The notes beneath the pieces were generated by a model, which had not been told where the DNA came from, did not search any database, and was given only the letters and a program-made list of their open reading frames with translations. A stretch of DNA of 64,000 nt from a bacterium (lineage in GTDB: Bacteria > UBA8248). Made by a program: the position numbers and the translations under genes. Shown here in pieces: positions 55,856 to 64,000 of the stretch (position 1 is the first letter of the stretch; every line of letters begins with the position of its first letter). The DNA is taken from contig OY843592.1 of the NCBI GenBank assembly GCA_963692865.2, positions 160,001-224,000 of the forward strand, written 5' to 3'.

Positions 55856-56230
55856 ATGGATACCACCGTGGTGAATTTGAACGAATATGTTGCACCGCAG
55901 TTCGGAGGTGGCTTGCTGGTCAGGATCGACCGCAGGACCAAGTGGGGAAACCCCTTCCGGGTCGGCACAGACGGCGACCGTGACGCCGTGATCGAAAAAT
56001 ACCGGCGATGGCTGTGGGAAAAAATCCAGAACGAGGAGGTGGATCTCTACCAACTCGCCGACCTCCACGGCTGCGAGCTCGGCTGCCACTGCCATCCCCT
56101 CCCGTGCCACGGCGACGTCCTCGCCCGCGCCGCTGAGTGGGCGGCCAAATACCTCGACGAAATGCCCAGGGAAGTGGGGCGCAACGAGCGCGGCTACGCG
56201 CTGCCCGAATTCAACCATCCCCTCGCTTGA
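55856..56230 (+). CDS. DUF4326 domain protein
   Basis: RIDR.TKWGNPF, L.G.ELGCHC.PLPCHGDVL. Confidence 0.85.
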   Translation: MDTTVVNLNEYVAPQFGGGLLVRIDRRTKWGNPFRVGTDGDRDAVIEKYRRWLWEKIQNEEVDLYQLADLHGCELGCHCHPLPCHGDVLARAAEWAAKYLDEMPREVGRNERGYALPEFNHPLA

Positions 56231-56280
56231 GGACAACCGAACCACTGGCTGAAAAACCCAATCACTGAAAGGAGTGAACG

Positions 56281-57234
56281 ATGACTGCCACACACGACCG
56301 CAAGGAGATGATCATGAACGAGCACACGGAACACGAAGCGCAGAACGAATCCTTCACCGCCATGGTCTGCGAGCAGGCCGCCCTGTTCGGCGCGACGCCG
56401 GGGCCCGACGAGTTCGACAACCGCCCCGTATGGGACGAGGCCGAGGCCACCGACGCCGTCATCAGAGCCTTCCACCTGGTGGCCGAGGCAGCGCCCGACG
56501 GAACACAGCTTGCGGATGAGCGGGCGAGCCTCCTCTGGGGCTTCGTCAACACCCTCGACGCGCAGACACAGCGCCTCGACCGCGCCGCCGACAGGCTCAT
56601 CCCCGGCATCCGCGAACTCCAGCGCGAGCAGGACGGCTCCGAGATCAGGTCCCGTGAACTCGAACTCGCGACCGACAGGGCCAACAACCTCACGGAACGC
56701 AGGGACGCCTTCGAGCAACTCAGGGACGCCGCCGCAGAGGCCTACCGCGCCGAGACCGGCGAGGTATGGCGGCCGAGGCGCGGCTCGCACGTCAGCCAGA
56801 CCGGCAAGCTCACCTCCGCCGTCATCGAGGCGCGCGACTTCCAACGGGCGAGAAAGGACCGCGCGAACACCGCGCACCTCCCCCAGGGAACCCTCGTCGC
56901 CGTCGCGGGAGGAAAGGAGTCGACCGATGCGGGAAAAATCATCGCGCATCTCGACAAGGTCAAGGCCAAGTACGCCGACGTCGTTCTCGTCCACGGCGGC
57001 GGTCCCGGCGCGGAGAAGATTGCGGCGGGATGGGCCGAGCGGAACGGCGTCCACCAGATCGTCTGCAAGCCCGACTGGGACGCCCATGGCCGGGCCGCTC
57101 CCTTCCGCAGGAACGATGAGCTGCTCAACCTCCTGCCCAAGGGCGTGATCGCGTTCCCGGGTTCTGGCATCACCGACAACCTCGTCGACAAGGCGAAAAC
57201 CCTCGGCATTCCCGTCCAGAAAATCGCCGCATGA
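56281..57234 (+). CDS. DUF2493 (YspA/SLOG-like) domain protein of plasmid type
   Basis: C-terminal VAGGK, LVHGGGPGAEKIA..WA, PDW..HGRAAPFRRN, AFPG.G.T. Confidence 0.85.
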   Translation: MTATHDRKEMIMNEHTEHEAQNESFTAMVCEQAALFGATPGPDEFDNRPVWDEAEATDAVIRAFHLVAEAAPDGTQLADERASLLWGFVNTLDAQTQRLDRAADRLIPGIRELQREQDGSEIRSRELELATDRANNLTERRDAFEQLRDAAAEAYRAETGEVWRPRRGSHVSQTGKLTSAVIEARDFQRARKDRANTAHLPQGTLVAVAGGKESTDAGKIIAHLDKVKAKYADVVLVHGGGPGAEKIAAGWAERNGVHQIVCKPDWDAHGRAAPFRRNDELLNLLPKGVIAFPGSGITDNLVDKAKTLGIPVQKIAA

Positions 57235-57691
57235 TGCGGGCGCTCAACGGGTCGCGTCGCAGCACCTTAACTGCGGCGCGGCCCGTTCTTGTCTTCCTCC
57301 GCTTGTGAATTGAAGCGCAAGCCACGACGCCTCGAATGCCCTCCGCTTGTGAATCCAGGCGCAAGTTCCGGCGCTCTCACTCTCCGTTGCCCTGCGCCTC
57401 CTCTCGCTCAATCGCCGCGACGGCTCCCGTTCGCCATTCTCGCCGGCAAGAATCCCCCAGTCGTTCGTTCCCGAAAATCCCTCCACCTGACGCCCTGCGG
57501 CGGCTCGTTCAGTACACCGGAACGCAGCGGGCTGCAAGGGGTCCGGCATGCGACGGCCGGGCTGCTGTTTCGTACCCTGGCGACGACACGGGACGCCCAG
57601 GGGCATAGCGGATCGAGCGTATTTCATAGAGCATACGGACTTCTTCTTATCCCTGCGGGCGCATGGCTGCGCATGTCGCGCACGGATACCG

Positions 57692-57757
57692 GGTGCGTCG
57701 CAAAATGGTGGCGCACCGTAACACGATGTGTTACGGAGTGTATTCCGATCGGAATAC
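57692..57757. promoter_or_regulatory. Cluster of inverted repeats; candidate oriT
   Basis: GGTGCG..CGCACC, CCGTAACAC-GAT-GTGTTACGG and the perfect palindrome GTATTCCGATCGGAATAC, upstream of an RHH-like gene. Confidence 0.35.
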
Positions 57758-57897
57758 GGACGGACCTGCGCTGCGCCATGACGGCCACCAGTCTGGTATC
57801 TCATGAATCAGGGCATTTTGAGGATGAATGCGCTCGAAATATAGCGACCCGATACAAGGAAACGCGATTTTTCCGGCCCATTTTACGAGCGAGCAGG

Positions 57898-58277
57898 GTG
57901 AAAATCCTCACGAAAGAAGCGGCAAAACCGATTACCCGGACGATACAAAAGAACACCAGAGTGAAGTCGGAGCAGTGGAGGCACTTCGAAAAAGAGGCGG
58001 AAAAGCACGACAAATCACCCAATCAGTTCGTGGTCGAACTCGTCATAGAAGCCTTGGAACGGCGGGAATGACCCCGAACGGAGGCGGGAATCCACTGTTG
58101 CGATCATCCATGTTCACCACGCAGGCCATCATTCGCTATATTGAAAGGAACGGACGCGAGGATGAAATCAGGCAAATCAGCAGGAACATTTCCGAAGTCG
58201 CGCCGGAATTGCAGGGGAAATCAGCGAATGGCGCGCGGGATTTGACGGATTTGACAAGTGGGGATATGCATGAATAA
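57898..58277 (+). pseudogene. Ribbon-helix-helix-like (relaxosome accessory type) gene with internal stop and frameshift
   Basis: IQKNTRVKSEQWRHFEKEA...SPNQFVVELVIEAL, TGA at 58069-58071, then a shift into LLRSSMFTTQAI. Confidence 0.55.
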
Positions 58278-58364
58278 AGTCGCTGATATCGGGAAGGACA
58301 AAGTAGCTGATGTATCTCGTAGTCTTGCGTTTACTCCCGAACCGTTCGATCAAAGTAACAATTG

Positions 58365-60650
58365 TCAGGCTGGTTCTATAGCTGCTTTTCGTTTTCGGGC
58401 AATACATATGGCTTCATAAGGCACTTCCCAATTGTCGATGCACCTCCCGAAGACACAGCACTCTTCTGATAGTGATTGCTCCAGAGCTTCGGATGCTAGT
58501 TGTTCCATAATTGTTCTATGGGTAGGACGCAATTCGTCTGGATACAAATAGAAGATCAACCGCGCTTTCCGATCCTTCTTCGGCTGGATTTGTAAGGAAT
58601 TTAGATGTGTTGGGTCGTGATAGTTTTTCCGGACCATCCCCTTCAGTTTGGCGAGGGCTTTTTCCAACTCCCGTTGTTCGGCATAGTCGGCTAAGTTGAG
58701 AAGATGCAAGCTAGCTATGGTCCACCCTTCTGGGCGTTTTTTAGATAGTCGCTCGATTATAGTGTTGAAAAGTGGTCGAAGCTTGATTCTGGGTTTGGGT
58801 AATTTCACACCAGCATCGCGTGAATTGTAATAGTGATCAATCGGTTCCGACAGTCCTGTGGCTACGAAAGCATCATTGTTCTTATCGAGCTCTGCCAGAT
58901 TGAAACCTGTTTCCAGGTAAAGTCCAAGAAAATCCATTTCATCGCCGATGATGTCGAATGACTTTTGCAAGAACCTCCTCTCACTCAGATAGTGGAGAAC
59001 GAAGACCGGATTATCGAGAATATCAACGAGGCATATGAAGTCTGCGATAGAAATCGTAGGCGCAAGGTCGTGATCGACGGGAATCCATCCAATCCGCTTG
59101 AATTCACCTTCTGCCGAGCTAAGAATCGAAAGATCATCAAGAGTAACCGATAGTCTGATGACGCGATCAACCTTGAATGGGTCAATGCCTAATTCTCTCA
59201 CGGTCGTTCTTGCTTTTTCATCACCGTTTTGCGCATCAACGATGAGTTTTTCCAGACGGCTTGACTGCACCGAGGGTTCCAGGACTAGTTCTTGGATATG
59301 CCTCTTCACGCGGTCAGGCGCACCTCTCAACCCCTCAGGAGTCAACCGACTCGATTTCGCTTCGGCAATGACAACCATCCTGTCAATTATTGCAAGGGAA
59401 TCATTTTCAAATTCCTGATTATCCCACCGCCATTTCAAGTTAGTGCTGATAGTGGCGCCAGGCAACGCGGTCTTAAGGACCTCACCGAGTTTTGACTCTA
59501 AAAAACGTGCGCGTGCCCTCTCAAGCTCTTTTTGCAAACCTGCTGTCTCACCCAGTTTGGCTATTATTGGATGTATATGACTGAAAAATGCTTGCGGCAT
59601 AGGGATGAAAAAGCTCTCTCCGAGATCGATACTTGGTGCGACCCATACCGGATTATTGAGAAACAGATACTCGGGTTTGGTATCCACGAGGCTTTCCAGC
59701 GGCAATGAAATTGCCCTTAAGATTGTTTCCACCATTTCTGGGGCGTGCCCTGTCAGCGTAGCGACCTCATCACTGTGATAGGTCGAACATTCATGAAGGC
59801 GAATATCCAGATGAGCCATCAAGAAGCCAAGCATGCCTTTCCGCTTAATCCCAGGTGGTAGCGCCGCGATCATTTCTTCAGGATTACCGATGAGATCCGG
59901 CACGTTCTTGTAGTAAAGCCTGGCCATTTGGCGAATATTTTTGCCGCGTTGAATTTTCTGTAAAATACGGAAATGTTCGTTAACTCGACGTTTGTATTCG
60001 GCAAAGACGGACTCCATCAATCGTACAAGGTCACTGATACTGAATCCATGGTGGGCCGAGAAATCTTCATCGAGTGCTCCATATAGCTCGGTTGTGATCT
60101 TAACAACTTCGCTGAAATAACCCCAATTGCGGACTGCATGTGTGTGAAACCGGATGCGCTCTTGAAGATATAGAATAGCTATTTTCTCTTCATCTTTAAC
60201 CTTCTGCCCCGCAAGGACACGCTGGAAGAAAAACGTCTCTGACAACTTTGGTGCGATGTCGAATACTGTCTGCATAACATCAGGGGTCAAAGGCTCCTTG
60301 CCCCACTCCTCTAACGGAATGGTCAGCAACACCGCTTGGAGTAACTCGGCATGATATTGTTCAATGTTTGGAAGAGCTTTTTGGTGATTACCATTATTGG
60401 TGACATTTTTCAGGAGACCATAAGTGGCGAACGATGCCATAATACCCAAGGGGTGACTTTGCCGAAATTGCTTTCTCACGCTCTCAAGCATTTCAGGAAA
60501 TTCGGCAACGCTATTCGCTGCAGTCTCTAGAATCGCGGTTTTAAACTTCTCAGGATCGCTCGGAGGATTAACGGTAGAAAACTTGATTGTGGGATCTTTC
60601 GGTCTGCGCACACGAGTTCGTTGTCGACGTTTTTTGTTCTTCTTTTTCAT
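58365..60650 (-). CDS. Large AT-rich protein with a NERD/PD-(D/E)XK nuclease-like motif
   Basis: FLE...ENDSLAIIDRMVVIAEAKS; intact 761-aa ORF. Confidence 0.65.
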   Translation of the reverse strand: MKKKNKKRRQRTRVRRPKDPTIKFSTVNPPSDPEKFKTAILETAANSVAEFPEMLESVRKQFRQSHPLGIMASFATYGLLKNVTNNGNHQKALPNIEQYHAELLQAVLLTIPLEEWGKEPLTPDVMQTVFDIAPKLSETFFFQRVLAGQKVKDEEKIAILYLQERIRFHTHAVRNWGYFSEVVKITTELYGALDEDFSAHHGFSISDLVRLMESVFAEYKRRVNEHFRILQKIQRGKNIRQMARLYYKNVPDLIGNPEEMIAALPPGIKRKGMLGFLMAHLDIRLHECSTYHSDEVATLTGHAPEMVETILRAISLPLESLVDTKPEYLFLNNPVWVAPSIDLGESFFIPMPQAFFSHIHPIIAKLGETAGLQKELERARARFLESKLGEVLKTALPGATISTNLKWRWDNQEFENDSLAIIDRMVVIAEAKSSRLTPEGLRGAPDRVKRHIQELVLEPSVQSSRLEKLIVDAQNGDEKARTTVRELGIDPFKVDRVIRLSVTLDDLSILSSAEGEFKRIGWIPVDHDLAPTISIADFICLVDILDNPVFVLHYLSERRFLQKSFDIIGDEMDFLGLYLETGFNLAELDKNNDAFVATGLSEPIDHYYNSRDAGVKLPKPRIKLRPLFNTIIERLSKKRPEGWTIASLHLLNLADYAEQRELEKALAKLKGMVRKNYHDPTHLNSLQIQPKKDRKARLIFYLYPDELRPTHRTIMEQLASEALEQSLSEECCVFGRCIDNWEVPYEAICIARKRKAAIEPA

Positions 60651-61087
60651 GTCAGTATTTCACCATGTAGGTTTTAACGTGTTCGCACAATGCAGAAATT
60701 GGCAATTCTGACATTGTCAACGCTGAGCCATTGCAATCATTCCCCGCTTCCATAAATTAGTTCCACCAAATCTAAAACGCGGGCCGTCGTAAGTCACGGA
60801 TATACTCGATTCACGAGTGTTCTGGAAGGACAGTTTTCCGCAGATTGTAAACGTGCGGGTATTAGGAAGCCACGCTCCGCTTGTCACCGTCGACCAGCAC
60901 TAATAGTGATTCCGACTTCGAGGCAGACAATATGACGTTACGGCCTGACCGGCGGTAAACACAGATGACCTCGTCGGGTCAGAGGTTTGAACAGAGCCGT
61001 TTTGGGAACACTTTCAGGCTATAAGCCGGACATTCAGGCAGTCTGCCTTAGATAACGGTCCGCTCCGCAATCGCCACTGCACAATCT

Positions 61088-62131
61088 CTAAACCAACAAT
61101 GCTCGACTACATGACGTCATTACATCAATCAGTTTCGCGGCCGTTTCATTAACCTCCTGCCTATCCTCTGAGAATCCTAACAGTCGCACGGGTGAATCAT
61201 TCATCTCCCGAGGTGGCATTTGAGGCATTAGGGGTGGCATTTGAGGCATTAGGCTTCCGAGAAGCTTGGCAGCTCGTTGATTGTCATTGAACTGCGCCCT
61301 TAAAGTTCGTCGCAAACCCGAGGCTAATAAATCAGCTATTTGAACACCTTGACTCTGCAACGAGTCAACAAATTCTATATCCTCTCCGATCAATTTTCCG
61401 ATGTTTAATTTGTCAGAGTCTCCGGTATCTATGCCATAAGAGGTCTTGAGATAGGTGGGAGCTCCGCCCTTTGGATATTCAAACCGCTTAAAAGCACTAT
61501 AGTCTTCTTTCTCCAGAATTATCATGGGGTTTCTCAGGGAAAAACTTTGCAAAAACGCAGGCGTTAGTATCTCAAATGCTTTTTCATACTTGGTTTTAGT
61601 TGAGTTTTTCTGATCTATTCGCCACCGGAATTTTCCAAGTTCATTCGGAAACCGTTGCACAAAATAGAAAACTCCATAACGTATAATTGTCTCGATCAAG
61701 ATGACTTGGCATTGTAATTGAATATACAACTGCGGTGAGAGATTCCGAACTTGATCGGAGAGGTCCCTCAATGCTTGTCGGCCGGATTCATATCGCATTC
61801 CATTTACATATCTGACAATTCTTTCTGCCTGGATGTTTCTATGCTTCTTTATTTGAGAAGTACTATTTAAACCCGCGTCGGTTGCTACAGAAAAAAGAAC
61901 ACCGTGCAATTGGCCAAGATGATTAAGGAAGTCGAAATAATTTCCTTCATTCAGATCCCTGAGTTTGATTTCATCTGAATGGCAAGTACCTGCATTTTTT
62001 TGCAGGTCAACCAAGGCTTGCTGAACTCGACTCCAATCGCATTCCGGCATCATGTAACTAACGATGACGTTCCAAGAATCCCGTTTCCGCGCGTTCACAA
62101 ACGATCCTGATTCGTCAATAAAAACATACAT
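61088..62131 (-). CDS. DUF3800 (RNase H-like fold) protein
   Basis: MYVFIDESG, EIK, VDS..S.GVQIADLLAS. Confidence 0.8.
   Translation of the reverse strand: MYVFIDESGSFVNARKRDSWNVIVSYMMPECDWSRVQQALVDLQKNAGTCHSDEIKLRDLNEGNYFDFLNHLGQLHGVLFSVATDAGLNSTSQIKKHRNIQAERIVRYVNGMRYESGRQALRDLSDQVRNLSPQLYIQLQCQVILIETIIRYGVFYFVQRFPNELGKFRWRIDQKNSTKTKYEKAFEILTPAFLQSFSLRNPMIILEKEDYSAFKRFEYPKGGAPTYLKTSYGIDTGDSDKLNIGKLIGEDIEFVDSLQSQGVQIADLLASGLRRTLRAQFNDNQRAAKLLGSLMPQMPPLMPQMPPREMNDSPVRLLGFSEDRQEVNETAAKLIDVMTSCSRALLV
61212..61253. repeat. Exact 21-bp in-frame tandem duplication inside the DUF3800 gene
   Basis: GGTGGCATTTGAGGCATTAGG twice, giving LMPQMPP LMPQMPP. Confidence 0.9.
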
Positions 62132-62141
62132 GAATGACACC

Positions 62142-62309
62142 TCACGCCCTTGATGAGAACATTGAACTACCGTCTAGCTGAGGTAGAACTGGCTCTAGAA
62201 CTAAATTCCAGAAATACTTCAATTGTGTTGTATTAAGCCTGCGATTTATATTCGCCTTAAATCTTACAAGCAGACCTAGCACAGGATTCTTTGAGTTACT
62301 CTCAGATCT
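62142..62309 (-). pseudogene. Probable 3' remnant of an AT-rich gene cut by the IS256 insertion
   Basis: Open frame ends next to the DUF3800 start; its 5' part runs into IS sequence. Confidence 0.35.
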
Positions 62310-63198
62310 GGTGTATGGGCGGAATTGAAGAAAGCGGTGCATTCCTACTGAAACGGGGTTTTTGGAATCCCGGTCATTCAGCAAATAGGAGATGCACCAC
62401 CATGCACAAAGATACGACGATTCCCTTTACGAATCCAGCCTTTCGGGACGAACTGAGCGAATTGGTGCGCGAGGGCAGCAACGAATCATCCGTCATGCCG
62501 TGGAAGCGGAGTTGGGGGCCTTCTCGGAGGAGCATTCGGGCGAGCGTGACGCGCGGGGCCGTCGCGCGCTCGGGCGCAACAGTTATCTGCCTTCGCGGGA
62601 GGTGTTGACGGGAAGCGGCCCGGTGTTTCCGCTCGGAGCTGTTGCCGCCGTATTTGAAGACGGTGTTCCCGCGCACCACGGTCCAAGCCTGCATCGTTCA
62701 TCTGATTCGCAATTCGATGTCGTTCGTCGCCTGGAAGGACCACCGGAAGGTCATGCCCGATCTCAAGGCCGGTCTGCCGGGCCGAAACGCTCAAGGCCGC
62801 GGCGGCTAGGCTCGATGAGTTCGAAGCCTGCTGGGGGGAGCGCTACCCGGCGGTGGCCCCCGCTTGGAGGCGCGCCTGGGAACACGTCGTGCCGATATTC
62901 GCCTTTCCGCTGGCCATCTGGAAGATAATCTATACGACCAACGCCTTGGAGAGCCTGCACCGCTCTTTGCGCAAGATTATCAAGACCCAGGGAATTTTTC
63001 CCAGTGACGAGGTGGTGGCCAAATTGCTGTTCTTGGCGATAGGTAACACCGGGATTCGCTGGTACCACCCTGTTGACTGGACCGCTGCGAAGGGACAGTT
63101 TGCCATTCTGTTCGAGGGTCGCTTTACTGGCTCAGCTAGCTGAGCCAGTAAGCCCAAAGGCTCGAGACCGTTGCTTACACAGAAAATCAGACATACCC
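62310..63198 (+). pseudogene. IS256-family transposase remnant (internally deleted and frameshifted)
   Basis: AVEAEL..RNSYLP.REV.TG.GPV; QACIVHLIRNS; IYTTNALESL.R.LRK; right end TACACAGAAAATCAGACATACCC; left boundary approximate. Confidence 0.85.
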
Positions 63199-63509
63199 GG
63201 CGACCACAGACCTACTCATTTCTATGCGTCCAACGGCGTAAATGAAATTCTGGTGGGCATCGAAACCCTCTCAGTGCTGGAGGCAGCCTTGCCCCGCAGC
63301 CTGCGGTCTAGTAATCGAGAGGGCTTTTATTTACCAAGACGAACTACGCGAAGCCTGTAGCCGAGCGAACAGCTTTGAACTACCCGGTAAGATCGCTCCT
63401 CTGGAGTAAGCCACGACACAAAAGGAACACGCGCTTCACGAAGCGCCACTACAGGTAGGAATTGCAACAATAGACAACCGATGCTTTTTGGATTTCTAAA
63501 CTTCAGCGT

Positions 63510-64000
63510 TCAATCAGTATTACGTTCAATCAGTATTAACTGAGAATTGAATTTCACGCCTGCGACTTCACAGGCCGTTTGGATATGGTGTCGGATTCGC
63601 GACGTACTAAGACTTGTCCCCATCCACCATCCATTCTCCAAATTCAGAGATGCTTTTTCCACAAACTTGGGGTCGGCGTAAAGGTCGTTGCGGTTTTGCG
63701 CCACTAACTGATTTTTCGTCCCCTTTGTTCTTTCTGCAAGGCGAGCTATAAATTCGGGATTGCGGTTTTGAAACTCTTTTAGTATTTCAGCCAGAGTTTC
63801 TCTGGCAGATTTTTTATTAAACTCCTCACCATCAAGGAAAAACCCGATAATCGTAGACTTTAGCTTGCTTGTCGATTGTGAAGAAGTGGCAGCTGATTTT
63901 TTCGGCTGGGATGGCGACGGAGAAGTTGATCTCTTAAACTTCGAGCGAGAGGGTGTCGATATGGTATTAAAATGTAGACCCTTCAAAAATGAATCCACAT
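63510..64000 (-). CDS. C-terminal part of an AT-rich gene (SeqA-C-like tail of the kind seen on HsdR-N-domain proteins); 5' end outside the window
   Basis: FFLDGE....SARE.L..IL, LENGWWMGT.LS...I...I..ACE.AG. Confidence 0.5.
   Translation of the reverse strand, partial: VDSFLKGLHFNTISTPSRSKFKRSTSPSPSQPKKSAATSSQSTSKLKSTIIGFFLDGEEFNKKSARETLAEILKEFQNRNPEFIARLAERTKGTKNQLVAQNRNDLYADPKFVEKASLNLENGWWMGTSLSTSRIRHHIQTACEVAGVKFNSQLILIERNTD

Larger units (their letters stand above)
44640..64000. mobile_element. Partly decayed integrative/mobilisable element (left boundary approximate, right end outside the window)
   Basis: Two integrases, MOBF relaxase, ssb, plasmid-type DUFs, AT-rich cargo and pseudogenes; no T4SS or coupling protein in the window. 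Confidence 0.75.

Noticed and set aside
58069-58071. In-frame TGA in the RHH-like gene as selenocysteine
   Set aside because: No redox-Cys context, and a frameshift follows shortly, so gene decay is the simpler explanation
1-64000. CRISPR array, tRNA or rRNA genes
   Set aside because: No regularly spaced repeat-spacer series, cloverleaf or rRNA-like tract seen; the repeats present are palindromic REP/MITE types

Overview
GC-rich bacterial chromosome window with three zones. (1) 1-27.5 kb is mostly metabolic: mlaA, a catabolic gene set beside a tripartite tricarboxylate transporter (including an AhpD/CMD-family selenoprotein with in-frame TGA and a SECIS-like hairpin, which the ORF track splits in two), citrate synthase, a polyamine operon (XRE-cupin regulator, speD, pyruvoyl arginine decarboxylase, speE, speB), grxC and an HpaB/AbfD-family flavoprotein. 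It also holds inserted orphan or defence-like genes (NYN nuclease, Abi/HEPN-like proteins, a kinase-NUDIX fusion). (2) 27.9-43.6 kb is a proteusin (NHLP-leader) RiPP cluster with core LCCCW, a YcaO cyclodehydratase, a flavin-dependent halogenase and an NHLM exporter. From memory it resembles the srp clusters of marine-sponge microbiomes. It also encodes a putative ABBA-type prenyltransferase, a class II terpene cyclase fused to a second NHLP leader domain, and an AlkB hydroxylase fused to a degenerate GlnE domain, which suggests a halogenated thiazoline peptide-terpenoid hybrid. This is the best candidate for a new system. (3) 44.6 kb to the end is a partly decayed integrative/mobilisable element: tandem tyrosine integrases, a MOBF relaxase, a leading-region-like block (ssb, DUF4326, DUF2493, a tiny acidic ORF, an Frpo-like hairpin), AT-rich defence-like cargo and an IS256 remnant. 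Intergenic spaces contain a MITE-like family with GGGG(C/T)TGTTGAAAAA ends and 5-bp flanking repeats that carries REP hairpins. No rRNA, tRNA or CRISPR array was seen. All family calls come from motif recognition by eye, not database searches.
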